Shown here piece after piece: positions 18,843-29,053 of a stretch of DNA of 64,000 bases; positions within the stretch are counted from its first letter, which is position 1, and every line of letters starts with the position of its first letter. The DNA is from a virus. Taxonomy: Duplodnaviria > Caudoviricetes. The DNA lies in the IMG/VR virus record IMGVR_UViG_2890625426_000001, positions 3,802 to 67,801 of that record. One strand, written 5' to 3'. Made by a program: the position numbers and the translations under genes. A model generated the notes under the pieces. It ran no database searches and was not told the DNA's origin. It saw only the letters and a program-made list of their open reading frames with translations.

Positions 18843-19667
18843 GTGAGCAACACGCAACCCCCGTCTCGGTGGCGAGATGCGTTCAATGACTCCTTCGGCC
18901 CACCGATGATGTTCCGGCCCTTGACGCGCGAACAGTACAGAGACCTCGATCGGATTGCGGCTAATCCTGATGTCATGCGCCGCGTAGTGCAGACCTTCGC
19001 GTTCTGGCGACCGCGCGCTCGCAGGAGAGTATGGGTCAAGGTTATTGCATGGGGTTCCTTTGCCTTCGGCTACCTCCTATTTCTGGCCGGTGTCCCACTC
19101 CACAGTGGAGTCCTGTTACTGCTGGGCCTTGCGATTGTTGTGGCCGCGCTCGTCGCCTTGTTGACACTGTTCAGAACTCGCGAGGTCGCCTGGTATGAAG
19201 CCTTGGCCCAAACGCGCTATGCCATAGAGGGGTACGCCATTCTCCGCGACGAGGTTGCGGCTGGGTCAAGGCTGACCTGGGAGAAGAGAAAGGCACTCGC
19301 TTCCCGAGCCGCCTGGATCGCGGACTACTTACTCGGCGCGTTCCGTCCATATCGTTTCGGACGCGGTACCCCAACCGAGAAGTTCAATGCTCGCTACTTG
19401 AAGCTGGCTCGGGAGGCCGTGCGGTCCCTCGTGCCGATCGGCCTCGCCAGCAGCGACGCTAGCCAGCTGCAGGCTGTCCACGACGACTTGTGGCGGGTGC
19501 TCTTGCGTATCCACGAGCATGACCTGCTCAGCATTGCCGACATTCGCCGGCCAACTGACCAGCCACCGCCACCGTTCTCAATTAAGCCAGCGGATCTTGT
19601 GACGTTGGTCATTGGCTTGCTGACTATCGTCGCGACTGTCTTTGTCGGATGGCGATGGGGAGGCTGA
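18843..19667 (+). CDS. Counter-oriented membrane protein (moron)
   Basis: Two N-proximal hydrophobic helices and one C-terminal helix; visibly less GC-rich; opposite strand. Confidence 0.7.
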   Translation: MSNTQPPSRWRDAFNDSFGPPMMFRPLTREQYRDLDRIAANPDVMRRVVQTFAFWRPRARRRVWVKVIAWGSFAFGYLLFLAGVPLHSGVLLLLGLAIVVAALVALLTLFRTREVAWYEALAQTRYAIEGYAILRDEVAAGSRLTWEKRKALASRAAWIADYLLGAFRPYRFGRGTPTEKFNARYLKLAREAVRSLVPIGLASSDASQLQAVHDDLWRVLLRIHEHDLLSIADIRRPTDQPPPPFSIKPADLVTLVIGLLTIVATVFVGWRWGG

Positions 19668-19668
19668 G

Positions 19669-20010
19669 TCACCAGCCCATGAAGCGCGCGATCCATCCCC
19701 GCTTCGGCGGATTCGCTTTGCAATGATCAAGGGCTACCTTCGTTGACTCCCAGCGCGTCTTGTACTTGCCGCTGTCGTGGAAGGTGTGAGCTGTGCGGTG
19801 ACACCGCCGGCAGAGCGCTACAAGGTCGCCATCCCACTCGTGCCCGAGGCGTTCGTATGTGCGGTGGTGAAGGTCAAGACGACCCTTGAAGGAGCAGCCG
19901 CGGCAGTACGCGCCGTGCTTCTTCATCCACCGGGCTCGCCGCTTCTTCCACTCCTTCGAGCGCAAATAAAGATCCCGATACCAAGCGTTGTACTCGCGGC
20001 GTGGGGCCAT
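19669..20010 (-). CDS. HNH endonuclease
   Basis: YLRSKEW...CRGC...LDLHHRTY...LVALCRRCH. Confidence 0.85.
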   Translation of the reverse strand: MAPRREYNAWYRDLYLRSKEWKKRRARWMKKHGAYCRGCSFKGRLDLHHRTYERLGHEWDGDLVALCRRCHRTAHTFHDSGKYKTRWESTKVALDHCKANPPKRGWIARFMGW

Positions 20011-20075
20011 ATTCGGGGAAGGTTAGTCGGTGCGTACCTCTGGGCTTTTCATGCCTTTCCCCGTACCATTGACTT

Positions 20076-20468
20076 ATGGATGCCGGGGACTGGCTGGGGG
20101 CCATTGCCGCACTGGTCGGCGCCCTCGTCGGGGGAGGCGCGGCAGTATTCGCCGGCATGTACGCCGCCCGACGGGCCAGCCGCTCCGCGGTGCGTGGTGC
20201 CTCGGCAGACCTGATCGCACTCCTGCTGCAGTCCGATGACCCGGCTTTGCGCGCCAGGGGCAAGGAGCTGCTGTTCGGGTCCGTGGAGGACCTGGCCACC
20301 AGTCCCGATGTCCCTGAGGCCACCCGGCGGGCCGCAGCCAAGCAGCTGGCCGACGACGCCACCCGAAGCAGCGAGCTGGACCAGCTCTTGGATCGGGCGC
20401 GTAGCCTGATGAGTGAGGGAGACAGGATCGTGTTGCGACGACCTCAGGAGGGCCAGAGCGATGAGTGA
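20076..20468 (+). CDS. Hypothetical protein with N-terminal transmembrane helix
   Basis: ORF with hydrophobic N-terminus; overlaps the start of the next small ORF. Confidence 0.6.
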   Translation: MDAGDWLGAIAALVGALVGGGAAVFAGMYAARRASRSAVRGASADLIALLLQSDDPALRARGKELLFGSVEDLATSPDVPEATRRAAAKQLADDATRSSELDQLLDRARSLMSEGDRIVLRRPQEGQSDE

Positions 20469-20628
20469 GACCAGGTACCTCGATGCCGGACCCGAGGTGA
20501 TCGAGCTGGCCAAGACCCGCCTGGCGGCCTACCTGGCGGCTGGCATCAAGCCGGACCCCGCTCTCGTCGCTCTGGTGGAGGCTGCGAAGGCGAACGCCGA
20601 GGCGGATCGCCAGTTGGGCAGCGCGTAG
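20461..20628 (+). CDS. Small hypothetical protein
   Basis: MSETRYLDAGPEVIELAK...; ATG overlaps the upstream stop; GGAGGG upstream. Confidence 0.55.
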   Translation: MSETRYLDAGPEVIELAKTRLAAYLAAGIKPDPALVALVEAAKANAEADRQLGSA

Positions 20629-20653
20629 CCGCTCGCGTACGTAGGGTGCCCAT

Positions 20654-21461
20654 GTGGAGCCCAATGCTGCGCTGAAGGCCATCGAGACCTCCCTGCGCCT
20701 CGCCATCCGCGACGTGTATGGCAACGAGGGCTGGCTGCAGGTCAAGGGCGCACCGAGCCAGGAGAAGCTGCAGGAACGGCTGGACGCTGAAAGAGAAGCA
20801 GCGTGAAGCCGTGGTGGTCTCTCGCAACCTCCTTGATTACACGCACTACTTCGATTTGCAGGAAATCATCCTGAAGAACTGGCCTGACTTCAAGCCGGTC
20901 TTCGAAGAAAACGTGCGGATGAAGGGTTACTTCGACATCCTCGCCAGCGTGCGGAACGTCATCGGACACAGCCGCGATCTGGTCCCCTACGAGGCGGACC
21001 TGCTGTCGGGTGTGGCAGGGCACATTCGACAGATGGTCGCCATCTACCGGAGCAACGACGTGGCCGATCAGCACTACCCGAAGATCGAGAAGGTGTCAGA
21101 CAACTTCGGGCGGGAGGGTCACTTGTTCAACGACTCGCCCTACTTCCCCGACAAAGTCCGAGTGGAAGTCGGGCAGGTCATCACCTTCTCCTGCTCCGCT
21201 CAGCGCGCGCGAGACAAGGACATTCGGTGGCGGGTCTCAACCGAGAACAGTATGAGTTACAGCAGGGATTCTTGGCCTCACTGGATAGCCAGCAATGAAG
21301 AGGACATGGCCGTGATCACCTTCGAAGTGACCGAGGACCACGTCGGTGAGTCACTGCGTCTCTTCGTCGACATGGCATCCACCAGCAAGCACCATCGCTA
21401 CCAGCAGATCGACGACCAACGCTGGTTCGCCTACGCGGTCAACCCGCCCTACGACGCCTGA
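20654..21461 (+). pseudogene. Swt1-like HEPN RNase with a frameshift near 20790
   Basis: Frame A from GTG 20654 (MEPNAALKAIETSLRLAIRDVYG...WL) stops at 20806. Frame B continues LLDYTHYFDLQEIILKNWPDFKPVF...RNVIGHSR, containing the HEPN RxxxxH motif. Confidence 0.75.
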
Positions 21462-21465
21462 CCAG

Positions 21466-22272
21466 TCATGCGGCTAGCCCCCACACTCCCACCGAATCCC
21501 ACTTGATGATCTGCGTGGCATCCCCTGCTGGTGGCTGAGTCCCAGACTGCAAAGTCTCCGTCTGCAGCGCGCAGCGCATCGGGGTGTTGGGTACCCGACT
21601 GGTCGCTCGGCCCACCAGCTGACCGTCGACGAAGACGGCACAGTCGTTCGGCTTCCACTCGAGCACGATGTTGTGGGTCAGACCGTCGTTGACGTTGACG
21701 GGGTATGAGAAGACCTGCTGGTCCCCGGGGCCCGTGCCGTCCTGGTTGTGGTGGTTGAAGTGCGGCGCACCGCTGACCAGCTGACCTTCCATCCAGTCGA
21801 TCTCGCCGTCGCGTGGCCACACCTCGGACTTCGGCCACATGAGCCAAGCCGTGGTCCAGCCGGCCACCAGTGGGTAGACAGCCTGGTAGCCGAGCACCTC
21901 GTACCGCCCGTACAGCTGGCTCTTGGTGCCATCTTCCAGGAGCGGCTCGGGAGCCATGGCGACCACCAGGCCCGTCGATGGGTCTCGGTGTAGGCGGCCG
22001 GTGAACCGGCCGTTGACGACACTGAGGTTGGTGTTGCCGCCGTAGTGGTCACCATTGTTGACCCCGTACGGACCACCGTGGGTCGTCAGGTAGTTCTCCG
22101 GATACGTGCTGTGCGAGCTGCCGTAGGTCTGGAGGAACTGGCCCTCAGGTACGTCGACGTTGTAGTTCTCGTCACGGCGCAACCGCCACCCGGGCAGGTC
22201 CGTCCTCGCAGCTGGCGGGAGGATCAGCCGGCGTCCAGCGCTCCCGTACCTCGCGCGCTGGGTGAGTCTCAC
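21466..22272 (-). CDS. Glycoside hydrolase family 16 protein
   Basis: Intact catalytic motif WPRDGEIDWMEG; LYGRYEV; LEWKP...VFVDG. Probable GTG start at 22272 overlapping the upstream stop; no signal peptide. Confidence 0.85.
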   Translation of the reverse strand: MRLTQRARYGSAGRRLILPPAARTDLPGWRLRRDENYNVDVPEGQFLQTYGSSHSTYPENYLTTHGGPYGVNNGDHYGGNTNLSVVNGRFTGRLHRDPSTGLVVAMAPEPLLEDGTKSQLYGRYEVLGYQAVYPLVAGWTTAWLMWPKSEVWPRDGEIDWMEGQLVSGAPHFNHHNQDGTGPGDQQVFSYPVNVNDGLTHNIVLEWKPNDCAVFVDGQLVGRATSRVPNTPMRCALQTETLQSGTQPPAGDATQIIKWDSVGVWGLAA

Positions 22273-22616
22273 CGCATGTCCTGGCCGGCGACGAAGCCGA
22301 GCCAGTTGACTCCGTCGTAGATCATGGAGATGACATCGACCTTGCCCGCCCCGCTGGACAGAGTCGGCGCTGTCCCTCCTGACCAATCGACCGCGGTGGG
22401 CCAGGTGACCGTGCGCCCGCCGATACCGTCTTGGACCAAGACGAGCGTGAAGGACTTGCCAGTGACGGCCGCGGGGTAGGTCAGCGTGACGTTGCCGGTG
22501 AGGATGAGTCGGTGCAGGGTGGCGGTACCCACGTCAGGCACCGTGTAGGCGCCGGTGACTGAGGCCTGGGAATTGACCTTCTCAATGGCCGACACGGTGT
22601 TGGGGTCGTACGTCAT
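22269..22616 (-). CDS. Small fibre-domain protein
   Basis: LTGNVTL...LVLVQDGIGGRTVTWP...PTLS...DVISMIYDGVNW, a typical phage fibre C-terminal domain. Confidence 0.75.
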   Translation of the reverse strand: MTYDPNTVSAIEKVNSQASVTGAYTVPDVGTATLHRLILTGNVTLTYPAAVTGKSFTLVLVQDGIGGRTVTWPTAVDWSGGTAPTLSSGAGKVDVISMIYDGVNWLGFVAGQDMR

Positions 22617-24298
22617 TCGACGAACCAGTTGGTTCCGTCGGTGTACACGGATTTCGACCCGTTCTGCGTCGTAATCACCGCAGTCGCTGCCCCGTCGATG
22701 GTTCCACTGGCTGGGGAGAGGGTTACCGTTCCTGTGGTCAGGCTTTTGACCACCAGGGTTTCTCCTGGCGGATACGTCGCAGGCAGTGTGACTGTTCCGG
22801 TCGCCGTCATGTTGATCTTCCGGTCCGTAACGAGGGCCGTGTAGTTGCCCCCCTTGGTCTGGACGCCGCCGCCTTCAACCCCGAGGAACTGCTCGGGCCC
22901 GGTGGGGAAGCGGAGCACCATCGCGCCCAGACCGGCACCGTTGTCCTTGGCGTACATGCGTGCCTCCCCGGCCGCGGCCACGCCGGGAGCCGCGATCTTG
23001 CGCGGGAAGCGAATAAAGCCCTCCGGGGCGAACACGACGTTCTGGTTGTGGACGACGCTGGTGTTGGCTCCACCATCCGTAATGAGGCTGTTCGGGGTGA
23101 CGTTGCCACCGGTGCCGTAAAGGCCGTAGTCGATCCTCGGGTTCTCTACTAGCAGGTTGCGGCAGTCAGACCCGAGTACCAGTGCCTTGTTGGTCGTCGT
23201 GGTGCCATCGCCAGCGAAGTACCCACCACTGATGATCGGACTCTGCACGTATGAGTTGGCGCCAGCAGCGTTGAGTCCAATGCCCATGCTGTGTGCCCCA
23301 CCTGTGGAGTACCACTCACAGCCGTAGAAGGCGAAGCCGAACCCGGCGTCGATGCGTACGTCGTAGCCGCCGACCGTGGAGTTCTGCTCGAAGCGGCAGT
23401 TGACCAGGGTCAGACTGTTGTTCGTCGACAGCGTGTTGGAGTTGCGGACGGACCACAGTCCATAGCCCGTGGTCTTACCGACGCCGTTGCCGATGGCGAC
23501 GCACTTGTTCATGGTCCAGCCCGAGGGCGCGAGCTTGTATCCGCCCGAGCCGTTACCCGTGGCGTCGCAGTTCGTCATCATTCCGCTGATGGAGTTGGTG
23601 CCCGAGTGCTCGAAGCCCCAGCCCGTGTTGGAGATGCTCCGGACGTTGTTGAAGTTCAGCCCGTATGCGTACTCATCGTTGACGCCGCTGACGAAAGTCT
23701 CGCGCGCGTTGTAGACGCCGGATTTGCCGCAGTTGCGGATGACGAGGTTGTCGAAGGCGGAGTCCACGACGGACTGTGTGTAAATCCCATGGTCCCCGGT
23801 GCTCACCCCGATGAGTTCGAGGTTCCGCATCGAAAAGCCGGATACCTTGTTGTTGTTCGCTGGGCCGGCGCTAGCGCCTATCTTGCCCTTCACGGTCAGC
23901 AGGTTGCCCGTTGCGCCGGGCTTCTGCGACAGAATGGCGCGGCGCTTGGAGTCTCCGAAGATCGCTGGAGCTTGGTAGCCGTACGGGGCGCCTGAGACGG
24001 GTTGCGCCGCGTCGTTGGAGTAGTCCAGCGACAGGTTGGTCACCGTGAAGGTCGTCGGTGGGATGTAGACGGCTCGTCCGCTGGACTTGGCGTCGTTCAG
24101 CGCTTTCTGGATGGCGGCTGTGTCGTCAACGCCGTTGCCCACTGCACCCCAAGCCGGCCACATGACGTTGATTGGTAGATCGGACTGGTTGGCCTTGGCG
24201 AGCACGGCTGGGGTCTGGGCGACCTGATCAGCGCTCAGCCCTACGCCTGAGATGACCGAGCGTGAGCCGTCCGTGTTCTTGAAGCTGAGCGAGGTCAT
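22613..24298 (-). CDS. Pectate-lyase-like beta-helix spike/depolymerase
   Basis: GAVGNGVDDTAAIQKALN N-terminal motif; Asn/Gly/Cys-rich helix rungs; YTDGTNW C-terminus. Confidence 0.85.
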   Translation of the reverse strand: MTSLSFKNTDGSRSVISGVGLSADQVAQTPAVLAKANQSDLPINVMWPAWGAVGNGVDDTAAIQKALNDAKSSGRAVYIPPTTFTVTNLSLDYSNDAAQPVSGAPYGYQAPAIFGDSKRRAILSQKPGATGNLLTVKGKIGASAGPANNNKVSGFSMRNLELIGVSTGDHGIYTQSVVDSAFDNLVIRNCGKSGVYNARETFVSGVNDEYAYGLNFNNVRSISNTGWGFEHSGTNSISGMMTNCDATGNGSGGYKLAPSGWTMNKCVAIGNGVGKTTGYGLWSVRNSNTLSTNNSLTLVNCRFEQNSTVGGYDVRIDAGFGFAFYGCEWYSTGGAHSMGIGLNAAGANSYVQSPIISGGYFAGDGTTTTNKALVLGSDCRNLLVENPRIDYGLYGTGGNVTPNSLITDGGANTSVVHNQNVVFAPEGFIRFPRKIAAPGVAAAGEARMYAKDNGAGLGAMVLRFPTGPEQFLGVEGGGVQTKGGNYTALVTDRKINMTATGTVTLPATYPPGETLVVKSLTTGTVTLSPASGTIDGAATAVITTQNGSKSVYTDGTNWFVE

Positions 24299-24307
24299 CA
24301 GGTCTTC

Positions 24308-25942
24308 CTACTTCTGCATCCAGGTGGTGCCGTCGTAGACGAACTCGTAGACGGTGCGGCCTCCCGCGGCCGGTGCGGTGAACGGCGTGGAGAACCGGAA
24401 CTTGACGCCCCAGGTCACAGTACCCATGGCTCCCGACGAGCTGTTCGTGATGTCGACGGTCAGCACCGCGCCAGGGAACGCGTTGGACGGGTTGGTGATG
24501 GTGAAGGCGTTGCCGTCGGTGACGACGAGCCTCTTGTAGGCGCTGGACGATGCGTCGGGCGTGATCGTGGCGGCGTACACCAGGGTGCCGATGCCGTTCG
24601 GGAAGAGGAACGAACTCGTGTCCGAGAGGAGGGAGTATGCGCTGACGCTGGTCCCGGTGATGCGGTTGCCGAAGTACTGGTGGCCGCCAGCGGTGATGCT
24701 CTCCTTGATGCCGAACGTCGTCGTCTTGACCGTCTGGTCATCGGTGATGCGGTTGAGGCCGACGACGTTGTTCGTGCAGCCTGACAGGTTGATGCCTGGG
24801 TACTGCGGGCCGTCCTTCTGCTTGCCGACATTGCGGATGTTGTTGCCGACGATGACGTTGTCGTTGCCGGCGGACCAGATGCCCGAGTTCCACGCGCCGT
24901 CGACGGTGTTGTTGTTGCATGTTGAGTGCGCGCAGCTGACGCTGATGCCGTTGTCTTGGCTGTCGAACACGTCGTTGTGATCGATGGTGGCGTAGTCGCA
25001 GCCCGCGGTGAGGCCGATCGCTTCGAAGCCTGTGGTGGACGGCGCCATGCGGATCTTGTTGTTCGTAATGGTGGAGTGCGTCGGGAAGCCGGTACCGGCC
25101 GAGCCGTTGAGGCCAACGCCCATGCCACCCTTGATCCCGTCCATCTCGCAACGGTCGACGATGCACCAGGGCGAGTTGTCCTTGATGGTGACCCCGAAGC
25201 CCGTCTGCCCGTCATTGAGCCCGGTGTTGTCGATGCGACAGTCGAGCACCCGGCTGTAGGGGGTGCCGCTGATGCCCGTAAGCCCTTGGTAGACGATGCC
25301 AGCATCGCCCAGGTCGTGGATGTACAGGTCGCGGCAGGTGATGCGCGAGCCGTTGGTGACCTGGACACCCTTGAGCGATGCCGCCGCCGTGCCGAAGTTG
25401 CCGTCCAGTCCAAAGCCTTGGAGCGTCACGTTCTTGACCGCGGCGCCGGATGTGCCGAGGAACACCGCATTCGCTACGCCGGGGCCTGCTTTCACCGAAG
25501 TGAGGTAGCGGCCGAGGCTGAGGATCGTGATGTCACTGACGAGCGTCACTGCCGTGTTGAGCAGGTACGTGGCACCCACCGGGATCAGCACCGCACCCTT
25601 GACCGCCCCTGCTGCATTGATCGCTGCCTGGAACGCCGGGGAGTCGTTGGTGACCCCATCGCCCTTGGCGCCGTAGTCCCGGACGTTGAAAGCGAGATCG
25701 CTCTTCTTGAAGCCCAGCGCGTAGGAGAGGACCCCACCCGGGACATCGAGGGGGAGGGCAGAGGCGTCGTTGGGATCGAGAACGTAGGAGCCGGCTGGCG
25801 CGTCCGCGAAGGCGCCGAAGAAAATCCTGCCCGTCTGCGAGCCGGTCGCTACGAGCTTGCTGCCATCGGGGTTGTCACCCGTCGGACCGCCGGCTCCACC
25901 ACCGCCCTGCTGGGGTGGGCGCGTGATGGGTCCGAAGCCCAT
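24308..25942 (-). CDS. Pectate-lyase-like beta-helix spike/depolymerase
   Basis: FNVRDYGAKGDGVTNDSPAFQAAINAA; repeated IxNNxI/GI rungs; FVYDGTTW C-terminus. Confidence 0.9.
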   Translation of the reverse strand: MGFGPITRPPQQGGGGAGGPTGDNPDGSKLVATGSQTGRIFFGAFADAPAGSYVLDPNDASALPLDVPGGVLSYALGFKKSDLAFNVRDYGAKGDGVTNDSPAFQAAINAAGAVKGAVLIPVGATYLLNTAVTLVSDITILSLGRYLTSVKAGPGVANAVFLGTSGAAVKNVTLQGFGLDGNFGTAAASLKGVQVTNGSRITCRDLYIHDLGDAGIVYQGLTGISGTPYSRVLDCRIDNTGLNDGQTGFGVTIKDNSPWCIVDRCEMDGIKGGMGVGLNGSAGTGFPTHSTITNNKIRMAPSTTGFEAIGLTAGCDYATIDHNDVFDSQDNGISVSCAHSTCNNNTVDGAWNSGIWSAGNDNVIVGNNIRNVGKQKDGPQYPGINLSGCTNNVVGLNRITDDQTVKTTTFGIKESITAGGHQYFGNRITGTSVSAYSLLSDTSSFLFPNGIGTLVYAATITPDASSSAYKRLVVTDGNAFTITNPSNAFPGAVLTVDITNSSSGAMGTVTWGVKFRFSTPFTAPAAGGRTVYEFVYDGTTWMQK

Positions 25943-26223
25943 CAGTCGTCCTGCTTCAGCAGCGCGTAGGTGCTCATGACGCCCGAGGCGGTCCTGGCGT
26001 AAAGCGTGTCAGTTTTGTTCAAGTTGATAGCCATCGACTCGCCGGCCAGGAGCGGAAAACCCTTATCGGTCGCGTTCACATCCGATCCGCCCAGGTAAAT
26101 CGTCTGGTCGCCCGTGTTGCGAATGCTGTAACTCAGGCCTACGCGCGAACCTGTCTCATTCAAGAAGATCGCAGTGGGTGGAGTGCCGCTGGTGACCGAC
26201 CCAGTGCTCGCGGAGAACGCCAT
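25942..26223 (-). CDS. Small beta-sandwich structural protein
   Basis: MAFSASTGS...IRNTGDQTIYLGGSDV...GFPLLAGES; TAACCT 8 nt before the ATG. Confidence 0.7.
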   Translation of the reverse strand: MAFSASTGSVTSGTPPTAIFLNETGSRVGLSYSIRNTGDQTIYLGGSDVNATDKGFPLLAGESMAINLNKTDTLYARTASGVMSTYALLKQDD

Positions 26224-26300
26224 ATGCGTCCAGGTTAGCGACCAAACGCCGCGGCTTCGCGGACCTATGCACTCTCGTCGTCGGTCGATACCCTTGGGCA

Positions 26301-26891
26301 GTGGACTCCGAGAGCGAAGACTGGGCAGCGTATTTAGCCGATTGGGAAGTTGAAGATCTTGAGGTCGTTCTCCGCTTCTTAGTGTTCGCCTACGACAGGA
26401 ACATTGTCCAGATGCAAGAGGCGGACACGAGCAGTTCGATGTATCAGCTTCTATTTGACCGACGGATTCACTATAGGATTCTTTTGAGTTCCTGTCGCGC
26501 CGGGATTCGCGCAAAGCGGGGTCTGAATCTTAGGGATCCAGTCTCGCCTGCTGTCAAAGAGGTCCTGCAAGTCGATCTTTTTGATATGGCCGCTGGTGCC
26601 GTCGTTGGTCGGTACGTGGAGAAGCTGTTGGAGCAGGTGGAAGGCGTCATCTTGCGACCACACAAGAATATGGAGGCGCCGAATCCGCTAGCCGTTCGTG
26701 AAGCTGCGAGGTGGGCCGTCAACCGCGTGTACAGCGATGTCTTACCGGCGGGGTTGACACCCATCAGCGAAGCCATGGACCTGTCTCACTGGTTCGTGAC
26801 CTACGAGTACGACGGGTATCGGTACAGCGTGTGGAAGGACTTGACGAAGGACGACGGCCAAGCCTCCGTGCAACGAACCGTTGCTCCTTAG
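26301..26891 (+). CDS. Counter-oriented hypothetical protein (moron)
   Basis: 196-aa ORF, visibly lower GC, inserted within the fibre cluster. Confidence 0.6.
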   Translation: MDSESEDWAAYLADWEVEDLEVVLRFLVFAYDRNIVQMQEADTSSSMYQLLFDRRIHYRILLSSCRAGIRAKRGLNLRDPVSPAVKEVLQVDLFDMAAGAVVGRYVEKLLEQVEGVILRPHKNMEAPNPLAVREAARWAVNRVYSDVLPAGLTPISEAMDLSHWFVTYEYDGYRYSVWKDLTKDDGQASVQRTVAP

Positions 26892-27916
26892 TGGGAGCTG
26901 AGGTACATCGAGTTCAGCTCGGCCTCGTTCCCGGCCACCGTGGAGAACGCGGGATGCAGCGCCTCATGATCGCCGTTCCATGCCCGGTTGATCCACTCCA
27001 CCGTGTGCTGCACCGTCACCATGTTCGCCTGGGCGTCGACGACGTGGCACAGCAGGGAGATGACGCCCGGCCGGTTGACGCTGACCGTCGCAGTGCCGTC
27101 GACCGTCTCGAGCCTGACCTGGCCGCCGGGGATGCCGTCTTGCACCTCCCAGCTGTAGCCCACCGGGCCACCACCGGCTGCCGTGGCGGTCGTCGTGACG
27201 GTGACCGGCTTGCCGTACCACTGTGCCTGGTAGCTGTCCGCTGACACCGTCGGAGGGACCGGGGCAGGCACCACCGGCCCGATGAAGTCCAGTCCCGCGC
27301 GAGCGGCGAGGTCGTCGAAGACCACCCGCTCGTTGGCCGCTGGCGATGCCACGCCGATGCGGCAGTGCGTCGGGGTCCCGCGCAGGTTGTTGTTGGCCTG
27401 GCTGTCCGAGCGGGCCAGCAGGGCCATGGAGTCAGCGCCGTCGTACACCCGCAGGCTGACCTGGCCCGTCGACGCGCTGAAGGTGGCCGCCACTTCGATG
27501 CGCAGCCACCGTCCCGTGGGCAGGCTGGCGGTCTGGTGGATCTGGGAGCCGTTCTGCGAGCGCACGCGCAGCGTGCCGTCGGTGCGGTGCTCCAGGTCCA
27601 GGCAGCTGCCGTCGCCCGCGATGTACCACTGCACGATGCGGTGGTTGGTCGACGGGTCGGCCGGGAAGTAGACGTTGAGCCGCAGCACCTGACTCGCGTC
27701 GGCCGCGGCCCACTCCACGTAGCTCTGCGAGGCCACCGAGCGGTCGGTGGACACCTCCAGCGCCCGCCGGCCGTGCGCCACCAGCAGGTCCGTGCACAGC
27801 ACCGCGCAGCCGGTGGCCGTCTTGACGAGGTCGGTGAAGGGGTCCGGGGACGCTGAGGTCTCCAGGGTGATCGGCTCACCGGGACGGCAGGACTCGAGGT
27901 CGTTGGTGAAGCTCAC
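26888..27916 (-). CDS. Lectin/ConA-like jelly-roll plus Ig/PKD-like protein
   Basis: Probable GTG start 27916 (MSFTNDLES...); GRWLRIEV...VVFDDLAA; Pro linker then YSWEVQ Ig-like domain. Confidence 0.65.
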   Translation of the reverse strand: MSFTNDLESCRPGEPITLETSASPDPFTDLVKTATGCAVLCTDLLVAHGRRALEVSTDRSVASQSYVEWAAADASQVLRLNVYFPADPSTNHRIVQWYIAGDGSCLDLEHRTDGTLRVRSQNGSQIHQTASLPTGRWLRIEVAATFSASTGQVSLRVYDGADSMALLARSDSQANNNLRGTPTHCRIGVASPAANERVVFDDLAARAGLDFIGPVVPAPVPPTVSADSYQAQWYGKPVTVTTTATAAGGGPVGYSWEVQDGIPGGQVRLETVDGTATVSVNRPGVISLLCHVVDAQANMVTVQHTVEWINRAWNGDHEALHPAFSTVAGNEAELNSMYLSSH

Positions 27917-28758
27917 GCGAGGTAGCCCGGGGACACGTAGTGCGGCCCCGGGTTGGACGACACCGGCGAGCGCTTGCCGCCGGGGCAGCGCTTGACGCCG
28001 GTGCCCCAGTACGCGGCCTTGGCGTAGACGACCTGGCCGGGGTACTGCTTGGCCGGATTGGGTTTGAGCCACACGTCGTCGGTGACGATCATCGGGCGGT
28101 CCGAGCCGTCGGCGGCGCCCTCGGTGATCCACAACAGCGCGCCCGACTCGGAGCTGCCCTTGAGGTACATGCGGCTCAGGCGCCAGGTCCCCAGCGCGAC
28201 GGGGTCGAACTTGTGCGGGTCGGCGAAGATGCCTTGGTAGGTGGTCTGGCCGTAGACCCGGTCCGTGTACAGCTCGTACGGCCCGCGCCAAGTCTGGATC
28301 ACGTCGGCGTGGTTGCTGCCGAAGGAGCCCTTGACCTCACCCACCACCATGTTCTGCAGCACGACGCGGGTCTGCGGGTCCCCGAGGGTGTCGATGTTGA
28401 TGCCCTCGGTCAGGTAGCCCGACAGCGCCCAACCCTCCACGTGCACCGTGCGCGGCACCGCGCCTGAGGCGTTGCCCTTGATGAAGAGACCCCGGTTGCC
28501 GTTGGTAGCGCTGTAGACCGAGCCGAGGTCGACGCCGCCGCCGATGGCCACGACGTTGCGGCCCCCGTCGATGACGACCCCTCCGGACGCGGCCACCGGA
28601 GCCGGGCAGCGCAGGATGTAGTCCCTGGTCGGGTCCAGCCTGGGAGCACGGTTGGTGCTGGACAGCGTGATGGTGACCGGGTCCACCAGGGCCGGTGGGG
28701 CGTACTTCAGCTTGCCGTACTGGCTGAGGTCTCGGTGGCCGACGTGAGCGATGGGCAC
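27913..28758 (-). CDS. Beta-helix (pectin lyase-like) protein
   Basis: GGVVIDGGRNVVAIGG, TVHVEG, EGINI and HADVIQTW motifs; probable GTG start 28758. Confidence 0.7.
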   Translation of the reverse strand: MPIAHVGHRDLSQYGKLKYAPPALVDPVTITLSSTNRAPRLDPTRDYILRCPAPVAASGGVVIDGGRNVVAIGGGVDLGSVYSATNGNRGLFIKGNASGAVPRTVHVEGWALSGYLTEGINIDTLGDPQTRVVLQNMVVGEVKGSFGSNHADVIQTWRGPYELYTDRVYGQTTYQGIFADPHKFDPVALGTWRLSRMYLKGSSESGALLWITEGAADGSDRPMIVTDDVWLKPNPAKQYPGQVVYAKAAYWGTGVKRCPGGKRSPVSSNPGPHYVSPGYLA

Positions 28759-28759
28759 G

Positions 28760-29053
28760 TCAGTCCTCGGTCTCGATCCACACGTCCCGGCCGAGCCGGT
28801 CCACGGAGTCGACGGGGCCGACGATCCACCACAGGCCGTCCTCAAGGTCCGCTGGGCGGGCCGGGTAGCCCTTGGAGGCGTCGTAGGTGACCACCGTGTT
28901 GGTCGACGACACGGCCTTGATTGCCGCCACGTCGTCGATGAGCGAGTTGATCGCCGCCACCATGACCGCGGCCGACGTGTTGAGCTTGGGCCGCGTGGTG
29001 TCCCGTAGGACCTCGTCGCCCTGGATGACTTCGACGGTGATCTTGTTCGTCAT
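28760..29053 (-). CDS. Small fibre adaptor; N-terminus paralogous to that of 29050-30966
   Basis: VIQGDEVLRDTTRPKLNT...AINSLIDDVAAI; C-terminal YPARP...WWIVGP...DVW. Confidence 0.7.
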   Translation of the reverse strand: MTNKITVEVIQGDEVLRDTTRPKLNTSAAVMVAAINSLIDDVAAIKAVSSTNTVVTYDASKGYPARPADLEDGLWWIVGPVDSVDRLGRDVWIETED

